Source of the DNA: Pseudomonadota bacterium | GTDB lineage: Bacteria > Pseudomonadota > Gammaproteobacteria > Burkholderiales > Burkholderiaceae_F | Length of the DNA stretch: 64,000 bases | NCBI GenBank assembly: GCA_040752195.1 | Contig: JBFMFC010000003.1 | Span: 40,110-104,109, forward strand | Reading direction: 5' to 3' | In this document: in pieces, positions 38,886-48,400 of the stretch | Layout: every line of letters starts with the position of its first letter | How positions within the stretch are numbered: position 1 is the first letter of the stretch | Made by a program: the position numbers and the translations under genes | The notes under the pieces: model-generated | Databases searched by the model: none | Told to the model about the DNA's origin: nothing | The model's input: only the letters and a program-made list of their open reading frames with translations

Positions 38886-38946
38886 GCACACGCGCTCCGG
38901 TTCGAGCGACGGCGTAGCCGGTCGCATCAAGCCGGTCGCTGTGTGC
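38886..38946 (-). other. attC-like imperfect hairpin between the SRPBCC and DUF2306 genes
   Basis: GCACAC-AGCGA-CCGG-CTTGA-T-GCGAC-C-GGC-TAC-GCC-GTCGC-TCGAA-CCGG-AGCGC-GTGTGC: outer stem, unpaired 5-nt spacer, two extrahelical bases on the left arm; AAC/GTT triplets not intact. Confidence 0.55.
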
Positions 38947-39364
38947 CTGAACGTTCCTCTGCCTTCGCCTTCAAGCCTCTCAAGGCTTCGGGCAACCCGT
39001 GCTTGACTTGTTTCCCGATTACACGACCGAAGAAGAATGCAAGTGGGCCGGAAAATGAAACACGGTGCAGTACTCGCGTCGCTCCTCCGTCCGGGATCAA
39101 CCGGTGCTCGAACTGCATCCTGCACAGTGGCAATGCCGTTTCGATCGCGAATGAGCGATTCTTCTCGACATGGGTTAGCCGCATCTTGACCAATGGGCCA
39201 TTCCGGGGCTTCAGCTTTCCTTCAGTCCCAGCTACGAAAGCGCCGGCGATGCCGGACTTCTGCACATCGGGGTCCCATTGACACCAACCATCAACGTCTT
39301 CGTAGATCGCATAGATGGTCTCCGGCCTTGCACTGACGACGGTTTCTTCCTGAAACTGGATCAC
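38927..39364 (-). CDS. SRPBCC / polyketide cyclase-like protein
   Basis: ARPETIYAIYEDVDGWCQWDP, F.AGT.G.LKP, LPLCRMQFEH, VSFSGPLA; GTG 39364 with AGGAG RBS; A/T-richer. Confidence 0.82.
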   Translation of the reverse strand: MIQFQEETVVSARPETIYAIYEDVDGWCQWDPDVQKSGIAGAFVAGTEGKLKPRNGPLVKMRLTHVEKNRSFAIETALPLCRMQFEHRLIPDGGATRVLHRVSFSGPLAFFFGRVIGKQVKHGLPEALRGLKAKAEERSGTQRPA

Positions 39365-39662
39365 TGCGGATCTCCTGTCTCGAGCGCACAACCTCGAGTC
39401 GGGCGATGCCGGGGGACGGATAGCCCGGCGAGGCGACCGACGACCTCGCGCGCCAGTTCGTCGGAGAACCCCGCCACGTCTCGCTCTCCGCCCGGGCAGC
39501 TCGGCTTTCCCGAACACGAACCGGGAACCGCCGGACCAGGCGCCCGACCCTCGCCTCGCCCGCCCGAAGCCGCCACATCCGCCGTTGCCCCGGCAGCACG
39601 ATTCGCCGGCGCACAAAGTCTACGAGCGATCCTCAGCCGCCTCCAACGTGTCGAGCGCACGT

Positions 39663-42422
39663 TCAGTGCGCCTCGTCCCAGTTGCTGCCCACGCCGACCT
39701 CGGCGACGAGCCTGACCTTCAGATCGGCCACGCCCGACATCAGCTCGGGCACCTTGGTCTTCACCCGTTCGACCTCGGCCTCGGGGACCTCGAACACCAG
39801 CTCGTCGTGCACCTGCATGATCAGCTTGGTGGCGAGCCGCTCGCGATGCAGCCAGTCGGCGACCGCGATCATCGCGAGCTTGATCAGGTCGGCCGCCGTG
39901 CCTTGCATCGGCGCGTTGATCGCGGCGCGCTCGGCGGCGGCGCGGCGCGGGCCGTTGGGCGAGTTGATCTCGGGCAGCCACAGCCGACGGCCGAATACGG
40001 TTTCGACGTAGCCCTGCCGCCGGGCGAGCGCGCGGGTGGTTTCCATGTAGCGCGCGACACCCGGATAGCGCGTGAAGTAGCGGTCGATGTAGTTGCGCGC
40101 GGCGTCCTTGTCGATGCCGAGGTTCGCCGCCAGGCCGAACGCGCTCATGCCGTAGATCAGGCCGAAGTTGATCACCTTGGCATAGCGGCGCTGCTCGCTC
40201 GTCACCTCGCTCACCGGAACGCCGAAGATCTCGCTCGCGGTGGCGCGGTGCACGTCCTCGCCGGCGGCGAACGCGGCGAGCAGGCCTTCGTCGCCGCTCA
40301 GATGCGCCATGATGCGCAGCTCGATCTGCGAGTAGTCCGCCGAGACGATGCGCGCGTTCGGCGGCGCGATAAAGGCCTCGCGGATGCGGCGGCCCTCCGG
40401 CGTGCGGATCGGGATGTTCTGCAGATTGGGCTCCGACGACGACAGGCGCCCGGTGACCGCGACCGCCTGCCCGTAGCTCGTGTGCACGCGCCCGGTGCGC
40501 GGGTCGACACTGGCCGGCAGCTTGTCGCAATAGGTCGACTTGAGCTTGGCCAGCGCGCGGTATTCGAGCAGCGTCTTCGGCAGCGGGTAGTCCAGTGCAA
40601 GCTTTTCCAGCACTTCCTCGTCGGTCGACGGCGCGCCGCTCGCGGTCTTCTTGACGACCGGCAGCTTGAGCTTGCCGAACAGGATTTCGCCGATCTGCTT
40701 CGGGCTGCCGAGGTTGAACGGCTGACCCGCCAGCTCGTGCGCGCGCGCTTCCAGCTCGGCCATGCGCGCAGCGAGCTCGCGGCTTTGCGCCAGCAGCTTG
40801 TCGCGGTCGATCAGCACGCCGGTTCGCTCCATCTCGAACAGCACGCGCGAGACGGGGATCTCGATCGCCTCGTACACGTAGCGCAGCCGCGCGTCCTCGG
40901 CGATCTGCGGCCACAGCGCGTGATGCAGCGCGAGCGTGACTTCCGCGTCCTCGGCGGCGTAGTCGGTCGCGCGCTCGATCGGCACTTCGTCGAAGCCGAT
41001 CTGGTTGGCGCCCCTGCCGCACACCTGCTCGTAGGTGATCGTCGTGCGGCCGAGGTGGCGCTCGGCGAGCGAATCCATGTCGTGGCTGCGGTGCGGCTCG
41101 AGCACGTAGCTTTCGAGCAGCGTGTCGTGCGCGATGCCCTCCAGCCGCAGGCCGTGGTTGGCGAAGACGTGTGCGTCGTACTTCAGGTGCTGGCCGAGCT
41201 TGCGGTGATGCGCGCTTTCCAGCCACGGTTTGAGCTTCGCCAGCGTGGCATCGAGCGCCAACTGCTCGGGCGCGCCGGGATAGCGGTGTGCGAGCGGGAT
41301 GTAGCACGCGCGATGCGGTTCGACCGCGAGCGAGATGCCGACGAGCTTCGCGGCCATCGGATCGAGCGAGGTCGTTTCGGTGTCGATCGCGGTCAGTTCC
41401 GCGCCGTTGATCCTGGCGAGCCAGGCGTCGAGCTGCGCTTCGGTCAGCACCGTTTCGTAGTGGACCGAAGGCTTGCTCGACTCCGCCGTCGTCCGCGGCC
41501 GCGCGACGGCGGAGTCGAGTCCGCCTGCCGGGTCGGCGGCGGGCGGATCCGACGGCGCGGTTTGGGCCGATTCGCCGAGTTCCTTCAGAAAGCTCTTGAA
41601 TTCCCACCGCGTGTACAGCTCGCGCAGCTTGCTCTCGTCGGGCGGCTGCGCCTGCAGGGCCTCGAAGTCGGGCAGGTGCGCGGCGATATCGCCGTCGGTC
41701 TTCACGGTGACCAGCTTCCTCGCGGTCGGCAGCCACGGCAGCGCGCGGCGCAGGTTCTCGCCGACGACACCGCCGATCTTGTCGGCGTTGGCGATGATCG
41801 CGTCGAGCGACCCGTACTCCTGCAGCCACTTCGCGGCGGTCTTGGGCCCGACCTTGTCCACGCCGGGAACGTTGTCGACCGCGTCGCCGACCAGCGTCAG
41901 GTAGTCGACGATCTGCTCGGGCCGCACGCCGAACTTGGCAACTACGCCGGCAACGTCGAGCTTTTCGTTGCTCATCGTGTTGACCAGCGTGACATGCTCG
42001 TTGACGAGCTGCGCGAGGTCCTTGTCGCCGGTGGAGATCACGGTGCGCACACCGCGCTTTTCGGCTTCGCGCGCGAGCGTGCCGATCACGTCGTCGGCTT
42101 CGATGCCCTCGACCTCGAGCACCGGCCAGCCGAGCGCGCGCGCGGCCTCGCGGATCGCGTCGAGCTGGCGTGCGAGGTCGTCGGGCATCGGCGGGCGGTT
42201 GGCCTTGTACTCGGGATAGATCTCGTCGCGGAAGGTCTTGCCCTTGGCGTCGAACACGCACGCGAGATAGTCGGCCGGGATCTGCTGGCGCAACAGTTTG
42301 AGCATCGACACGAACCCGCGGATCGCCCCGGTGGGTTCGCCGGTCGAAGTCCTTAGATCGGGGAGTGCATGAAATGCGCGGTATAAGTAGCTCGAGCCGT
42401 CGACGAGCAATAGGGTCTTCAC
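39663..42422 (-). CDS. polA: DNA polymerase I
   Basis: LLLVDGSSYLYRAFHA, IEADD, GDKD, LVGDAVDN, DTET 3'-5' exonuclease motif, DYSQIELR, RRYAKVINFGLIYG, QVHDE. Confidence 0.98.
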   Translation of the reverse strand: MKTLLLVDGSSYLYRAFHALPDLRTSTGEPTGAIRGFVSMLKLLRQQIPADYLACVFDAKGKTFRDEIYPEYKANRPPMPDDLARQLDAIREAARALGWPVLEVEGIEADDVIGTLAREAEKRGVRTVISTGDKDLAQLVNEHVTLVNTMSNEKLDVAGVVAKFGVRPEQIVDYLTLVGDAVDNVPGVDKVGPKTAAKWLQEYGSLDAIIANADKIGGVVGENLRRALPWLPTARKLVTVKTDGDIAAHLPDFEALQAQPPDESKLRELYTRWEFKSFLKELGESAQTAPSDPPAADPAGGLDSAVARPRTTAESSKPSVHYETVLTEAQLDAWLARINGAELTAIDTETTSLDPMAAKLVGISLAVEPHRACYIPLAHRYPGAPEQLALDATLAKLKPWLESAHHRKLGQHLKYDAHVFANHGLRLEGIAHDTLLESYVLEPHRSHDMDSLAERHLGRTTITYEQVCGRGANQIGFDEVPIERATDYAAEDAEVTLALHHALWPQIAEDARLRYVYEAIEIPVSRVLFEMERTGVLIDRDKLLAQSRELAARMAELEARAHELAGQPFNLGSPKQIGEILFGKLKLPVVKKTASGAPSTDEEVLEKLALDYPLPKTLLEYRALAKLKSTYCDKLPASVDPRTGRVHTSYGQAVAVTGRLSSSEPNLQNIPIRTPEGRRIREAFIAPPNARIVSADYSQIELRIMAHLSGDEGLLAAFAAGEDVHRATASEIFGVPVSEVTSEQRRYAKVINFGLIYGMSAFGLAANLGIDKDAARNYIDRYFTRYPGVARYMETTRALARRQGYVETVFGRRLWLPEINSPNGPRRAAAERAAINAPMQGTAADLIKLAMIAVADWLHRERLATKLIMQVHDELVFEVPEAEVERVKTKVPELMSGVADLKVRLVAEVGVGSNWDEAH
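41476..41519. repeat. 44-bp near-perfect palindrome inside polA
   Basis: CTCGACTCCGCCGTCG-TC-CGCGGCCGCG-CGACGGCGGAGTCGAG: perfect 16-bp arms around a self-complementary 10-mer. Confidence 0.9.
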
Positions 42423-42433
42423 AGGAGAGCCGT

Positions 42434-43171
42434 ATGTTGGACCGTCAGAAGAACATCCCGAGCCTGCGGGCCGTGACGATGCCCGAGCGCGCCACGAGCC
42501 AGAAGGCGCGCGAGTCGTGGCACCTGTGGGGGATTATCTCCGAGTTCGTCGAGGCGACCGAGCGCCTGTCGGAGATCCGGCCCGCAGTGTCGATCTTCGG
42601 CAGCGCGCGGCTTAAGCCGGACTCGCCGATCTACCAGCAGACGGTCGAGATCGCGCGCAAGCTGTCCGACGCGGGCTTTGCGGTGATCAGCGGCGGCGGG
42701 CCGGGCGCGATGGAAGCGGCCAACCGCGGCGCGTTCGAAGGCCGCTCGCCTTCGGTGGGGCTGAACATCGAGCTGCCCTTCGAGCAGCACGGCAACGAGT
42801 ACCAGGACATCTCGCTGCGGTTCAGGCACTTTTTTGCGCGCAAGGTGGCGTTCGTCAAGTACGCGGCGGCGTACGTCGTGATGCCGGGCGGCTTCGGCAC
42901 ACTCGACGAGCTGACCGAGGCGCTGACGCTGATCCAGACGCGCAAGGGACGCACGATCCCGATCGTGCTGGTCGGATCGAGCTTCTGGCGCGGGCTGCTC
43001 GACTGGATGCGCGAGCGGCTGGTCGGCGAAGGCATGATCGACGCCAAGGATCTGAACCTGATGAAGCTCGTCGACGACAGCGACGCGGTCGTCGCGGCGA
43101 TCTTCGACTTCTACGAGGCGCGCGGCTTCGCGCAGACCGCGGCCGAGCGCGAGCAGCTCCTGTACCTGTAG
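42434..43171 (+). CDS. LOG family (TIGR00730, Rossmann-fold) protein
   Basis: VSIFGSAR, SGGGPGAMEAAN, HFFARK, PGGFGTLDEL; start trimmed to ATG 42434. Confidence 0.93.
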   Translation: MLDRQKNIPSLRAVTMPERATSQKARESWHLWGIISEFVEATERLSEIRPAVSIFGSARLKPDSPIYQQTVEIARKLSDAGFAVISGGGPGAMEAANRGAFEGRSPSVGLNIELPFEQHGNEYQDISLRFRHFFARKVAFVKYAAAYVVMPGGFGTLDELTEALTLIQTRKGRTIPIVLVGSSFWRGLLDWMRERLVGEGMIDAKDLNLMKLVDDSDAVVAAIFDFYEARGFAQTAAEREQLLYL

Positions 43172-43212
43172 CGCCGGAGGTCGCGGGCTACAATTCGGGC
43201 GGAATCTTCGCC

Positions 43213-43644
43213 ATGAACGCGTCGCCTTCTCGCTCGAGTCGGGTCCTGCTCGTCGCGCTTCTCGCGCTGGCGCCGGCCGTCGCGGCACGCGCGCAGCCGC
43301 TCGATGCCCCGCCGCGGCTGCCCGCGGCGGACGCGAAGGATGCGCCGAAGCAGCGCCAGGTCATCCGCCTGCCCGAGTCCGAGCGCGCGCCGCCGCCCGC
43401 GCGCGAGCAGGAGCCGCTGACTGAGCCGGCACCCGAGGAGCAGCTTCCGCCGCGGGTGCAAACCTCGCCCGAGGTCAGGATCGAGCAGCGCCGCCAGGCC
43501 AACCGAGTCGTCGAACTGGTCGTCACGCCGGCCGGCTCGACGACGAGCTACGTGATCGTCAACCGCGAGGGCGCCCGCACGCTGTCGCCGCAGGAGCTCA
43601 GCGCCGGGCTGTCGGTGCCGCGCTTCCTGAGACTGCACTTCTGA
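43213..43644 (+). CDS. DUF2782-like exported protein
   Basis: Signal peptide, Pro-rich linker, PEVRIEQRRQANRVVELVVTP..STTSYVI; sits between the LOG gene and thrB. Confidence 0.65.
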   Translation: MNASPSRSSRVLLVALLALAPAVAARAQPLDAPPRLPAADAKDAPKQRQVIRLPESERAPPPAREQEPLTEPAPEEQLPPRVQTSPEVRIEQRRQANRVVELVVTPAGSTTSYVIVNREGARTLSPQELSAGLSVPRFLRLHF

Positions 43645-43652
43645 TTCGCGCG

Positions 43653-44627
43653 ATGGCGGTTTTCACCGCGCTGACGCGCGAAGACATCACGGGGTTCCTG
43701 GCACACCACTCGCTCGGCGAGCTGGTCGCCTATGAAGGTATCGCCACCGGAATCGAGAACACCAACTACTTCGTCGACACGACCACCGGCCGCTTCGTGC
43801 TGACGGTGTTCGAGCGGCTCACTTTCCACCAGCTTCCCTTCTATCTGGAGCTGATGCGCCACCTCGCGCGGCGCATGCTGCCGGTGCCCGAGCCGCAGGA
43901 GAACCGCTCCGGTTCGCTGCTGTCGGAGCTGCGCGGCAAGCCGGCGGCGATCGTCACGCGCGTCGAAGGCGTGGCGGTCGAGCGGCCGGCGGTCGAGCAG
44001 TGCGCGCGCATCGGCACCCTGCTCGCGCACATGCACCTGGAAGCGCGCGACTTTCCCCACTTCCAGCCGAACCTGCGCGGCATCGGCTGGTGGAAGGCCG
44101 TGCTGCCGCAGCTCGAACCTTTCGTCGACGACGAGACCTATCACTTCCTCGCCGAGGAGGTGATCTTCCAGGACAGCTTTCATCGCAGCGCGGTCTACGA
44201 GACACTGCCGCAGGGGCCCGTGCATGGCGATCTCTTCCGCGACAACGTGCTGTGGCAAGGGGGCCCGAACTCGAACCGCATCGGCGGCGTCATCGACTTC
44301 TACTTCGCCGGCTGCACCACGTGGCTGTACGACTTGGCGGTCACGATCAACGACTGGGGCGTCGATCCGTCCGACGGCGCGTTCGACATGCCGCGCGCGC
44401 GCGCGCTGATGAACGCTTACCACGCCGTGCGCCCGCTGACCGCGCAGGAGCGCGAGGTCTGGCGCACGATGCTGCGCGGCGCGGCGCTGCGCTTCTGGAT
44501 CTCGAGGCTGTACGACCTGCACCTGCCGCGCCATGCGCACGTGCTCAAGCCGCACGACCCGAAGCGCTTCGAGCTGACGCTGCGCCGGCGCATCGTCGAT
44601 CCGGAATTGCCGTGGGCCGACGCGTGA
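43653..44627 (+). CDS. thrB: homoserine kinase, type II (aminoglycoside-kinase fold)
   Basis: MAVFT, GIENTNYF, LTVFERL, LPQGPVHGDLFRDN, IDFYFA, LRFWISRL. Confidence 0.93.
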   Translation: MAVFTALTREDITGFLAHHSLGELVAYEGIATGIENTNYFVDTTTGRFVLTVFERLTFHQLPFYLELMRHLARRMLPVPEPQENRSGSLLSELRGKPAAIVTRVEGVAVERPAVEQCARIGTLLAHMHLEARDFPHFQPNLRGIGWWKAVLPQLEPFVDDETYHFLAEEVIFQDSFHRSAVYETLPQGPVHGDLFRDNVLWQGGPNSNRIGGVIDFYFAGCTTWLYDLAVTINDWGVDPSDGAFDMPRARALMNAYHAVRPLTAQEREVWRTMLRGAALRFWISRLYDLHLPRHAHVLKPHDPKRFELTLRRRIVDPELPWADA

Positions 44628-44645
44628 GCCGGGGCGCCGACTGAG

Positions 44646-45392
44646 ATGCAGATCCGCACCGTCCGTCCCGCCGCGGGCGCGGCCTGGCTGCGCGACGGCT
44701 GGCGCCTGTTCAGACAGCAGCCGCTCGGACTGCCCGCGATGGTGGTCGTCTACCTGATGATGCTGTTCCTGCCGGCGCTGCTGCCCTTCGTCGGAATCGC
44801 GATCTCGGGCGTGCTGGCGCCGTTCGCCACCGTCGGCCTGATGACGGCCTGCCGCGACGTGGCGTCGGGGCGGGCGCCGAATCCCTCGGTGTTCGCGCAG
44901 CCGTTCCAGGAAGGCAATCCGAACCGCGTCAAGCTGTTCCGCCTCGGGCTGATCAACGCGTCGCTGGTGCTGCTGCTGGCCACGCTGTTCGCGCTCGTCG
45001 GCGACGACGGCCGGGTGCCGCCGCCCGACGGGCCGCCGACGCTCGCCGACGTGCCGTGGGACATGCTGCTGCTGCAGCTGCTCGCCTACACGCCGGTGCT
45101 GGTGCTGATGTGGTTCGCCCCGTTGCTCGCGGGCTGGCACGGCCTCGGCCCGGCGAAGGCGATGTTCGGCAGCGTCGTCGCGTGCGGCCGCAATGTGGGC
45201 GCGCTGTTCGTGTTCGGACTCGCCGCCGGCGCGGCGACCCTGGCCGCGAGCACGATCGTCGTCGGCGTGCTGGCGATGCTCGTTTCCTCGCGTGAACTGT
45301 TGTCGCTGCTGCTCGCCCCGTTCGGCCTGGTGATGATGACGATCGTGCAGGCGAGCTTCTATCCGATGTACCGGTCGATCTTCGAGGCATAG
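44646..45392 (+). CDS. BPSS1780-like membrane protein
   Basis: GAAWLRDGWRLFRQQP, WFAP.L..W, KAMFGS..AC.RN, Y.MYR.IF; follows thrB. Confidence 0.75.
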   Translation: MQIRTVRPAAGAAWLRDGWRLFRQQPLGLPAMVVVYLMMLFLPALLPFVGIAISGVLAPFATVGLMTACRDVASGRAPNPSVFAQPFQEGNPNRVKLFRLGLINASLVLLLATLFALVGDDGRVPPPDGPPTLADVPWDMLLLQLLAYTPVLVLMWFAPLLAGWHGLGPAKAMFGSVVACGRNVGALFVFGLAAGAATLAASTIVVGVLAMLVSSRELLSLLLAPFGLVMMTIVQASFYPMYRSIFEA

Positions 45393-45418
45393 CGCGCCGC
45401 CTGCTGCGGGCGCACGCG

Positions 45419-48400
45419 CTACGCCGCCTGCAGCTTCGCGATCGACAGCAGCAGCTCCTTGACGCCCTGCGGGCCGAAGTTGATCTTCGCGCGCGCGTCG
45501 TCGCCGCTGCCCTCGAGCTTGATGATCACGCCGTCGCCGAAGCGCGCATGCCGCACCGACTGCCCGATGCGGAAGCCGTGTACGGTCTGCGGCTTCGGCG
45601 CGACGGCCGCAGCCGCGGACGCCGCGCCGGCATCGTGCCACCGCCCGTAGCGGATGCCTGTGCTTTCGCGCAGCCGCGGCGTCAGCCACTTGACCGCGCC
45701 TTCGGGCAGCTCGTCGATGAAGCGCGACTTCACGCCGTAGCGCGTCTGCCCGTGCAGCATCCGCGACTGCGCGAAGCTCAGGTACAGCCTGCGCCGCGCG
45801 CGCGTGATCGCGACGTACATCAGCCGCCGCTCCTCTTCCAGGCCGTCCGGTTCGCTGACGCTGTTGTCGTGCGGGAACAGCCCTTCTTCCAGGCCGGTGA
45901 TGAACACCGCGTTGAACTCGAGCCCCTTGGCCGCGTGCACCGTCATCAGCTGCAGCGCATCCTGGCCTTCGTCGGCCTGGTTCTCGCCCGCTTCGAGCGA
46001 CGCGTGCGACAGGAATGCCGCCAGCGGCGACGGGATCGCGGCGTCGACTTCGGCCTGCGTGGCCGGCGCGTCGACCGCGTAGCCCTCTTCGCCGACGAAA
46101 GCGGCGGCGGCGTTGACCAGCTCGTTCAGGTTCTCGATGCGCTCCTGCCCTTCCCTTTCGGTCCGGTAGTGCGCGACGAGGCCGCTGCGCTCGATCACCG
46201 CGTCGACGATCTCCTGCAGCGGCAGGTTGGCGGTCTCGAAGCGCAGGCTTTCGATCAGCTTGACGAACGCGGCGAGGTTCGCACCCGCCTTGCCGCCGAC
46301 GCCGCCCACCGCCGCGTACAGGCTCTGGTTCGCCGCGCGCGCCGCGTCCTGCAGCTGCTCGAGCGTGCGCGCGCCGATGCCGCGCGGCGGGAAGTTCACG
46401 ACGCGCAGGAACGCCGTGTCGTCGGCCGGGTTCTCGATCAGCCGCAGGTAGGCGAGCGCGTGCTTGATCTCCGCGCGCTCGAAGAAGCGCAGTCCGCCGT
46501 AGACGCGGTACGGGATGCCGGCGTTGACGAGCGCGTGCTCGATCACGCGCGACTGCGCGTTCGAGCGGTACAGCACCGCGATCTCGCTGCGCGCCAGCCC
46601 GTCGGCGATCAGGTTCTTCACTTCGTCGACGAGCCACGCGGCCTCCAGGCCGTCGGAACCGGCCTCGAAGATGCGAACCGGTTCGCCGTGGCCGGCGTCG
46701 GTCCACAGGTTTTTGCCGAGGCGGCGCGCGTTGTTGCGGATCAGCGCGTTGGCGGCGTCCAGGATGTGCCCGTGCGAGCGGTAGTTCTGCTCGAGCTTGA
46801 TGACGTTGCGCACCCGGAACTCGCGCTCGAAGTCGGCCATGTTGCCGACGTTGGCGCCGCGGAACGCGTAGATCGAGTTGTGCGTCAGCAGGCCGTTGGC
46901 GACGAAGTTGTGCGAGGCTTCGACGTCGATGTCGTAGACGGTGACGCTCGCGCGCGGCGCCGCCTCGACGGCGACGACGGTGTCGAAGCCGCCGTCGGCG
47001 GTGAAGATCGCCATGCCGGTGCGTACGTGTTCGGCCTGCGTCATCGGCAGCGTTCGACGCCCGAGCCGCGCGCGCGTGAGGATGCGGCCGCCGAGAATGG
47101 CGCGGATCTTGCGCGCGTCGTCGGCGAGCTCGCCGTAGTCGCGGCGGAACATCTGCACGCACCAGCCGCCCTTGCCGTCGTCGACGATCGTCGGCAGGTA
47201 ACCCGCTTGCCGAAGCCGCTCGGCCTGCGTCTGATCGAGCGTGCGCGCGTACAGGCGGTGGTTCGGCGCGCCGCGGCGCGTCTCCGCGCACAGCGTCAGC
47301 AGCACGTCGCCGGGCGCGCCGAAACTCGGCCGCCGGCGATCGTCGGGCCGGTCGGCCGCGAGCTTCAGGTCCTCGAGCAGCCAGCGCGCCGCGCGTTCGG
47401 TGTTCAGCGCGGCGAACTCCGGCGGCGGCGCGCTCTTGCCGCGCGCGGCGACGCCGCGCGTCGGCAGCCCGTACTTCAGCGACAGCACGCGCAGGCGCTT
47501 GTCCGCGGACCGCTCGTCGTCGAACGACTCGAGCACCCAGACGGACTCCGCGCCTTCGCGTCGCGCGCGGTGGCGGAAACCCGGCACCGTCTTGCCGTCG
47601 AAGTGCTCGTTGCGATGGCCCGAGACGGCGAGCCGGTAACCCACGCCGGGTTTGTGCATCAGGCACAGGAAGTGTTTCGGCGGCAGATGGCCGACCGCGT
47701 AGCCGGCGAAGTGCGTGTGCTCCGGCGTGCTGGTCAAGGTCCGGCCGCCGGCGGTGCGGATCGTCACGAGCGACGTGTCCACCCCGCGCGCATGCACGCC
47801 GATGACGCGCGCCGGCCCGAAGTGGCCGCCGCCGTAGGCGGAGCGGACGCGGTCGCCGACGGCGACGCGCTCGATCGGCTTGACCGACCCGTCCTCCATC
47901 AGCACCTGCGTGCCCGCGGCCAGGCACTGGTCGTCGTCGCCGACCGCGAACACCGCGTTGCGCGCGCCGCCGCCCTCGCCGTGCCCGGCGAGCAGCTTGA
48001 GCCACTTGTACTGCAGCACGTTGGTGTCCTGGAACTCGTCGACCAGGATGTGGCTGAAGCGCTCCTGGTAGTGCGAGCGCAGCGGCTCGTTGCGCACGAG
48101 CAGCTCGTAGCAGCGCAGCAGCAGCTCGGCGAAATCGACCACGCCTTCGCGCTGGCACTGCGCGTCGTACGCCGCGTACAGCTCGATGAACTTGCGGTTG
48201 TAGTCGTCGTTGACGGCGACGTCTTTCGCGCGCAGACCGGCTTCCTTGGCGTTGTTGATGAACCACTGCAGGTTGCGCGGCGGATAGCGCTCGTCGTCGA
48301 CGTTCAGGCTCTTCAGCAGCCGCTTGATCGCCGAGAGCTGGTCGGCCGAGTCGAGGATCTGAAAGGTCTGCGGCAGGTTCGCGTCGCGGTGATGCGCGCG

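Noticed and set aside
39386-39470. Third attC site upstream of the SRPBCC gene
   Set aside because: It has a good GTTGTGC end and a small GCCGGG/CCCGGC stem, but the remaining pairing and the left core box are too weak to support a call.
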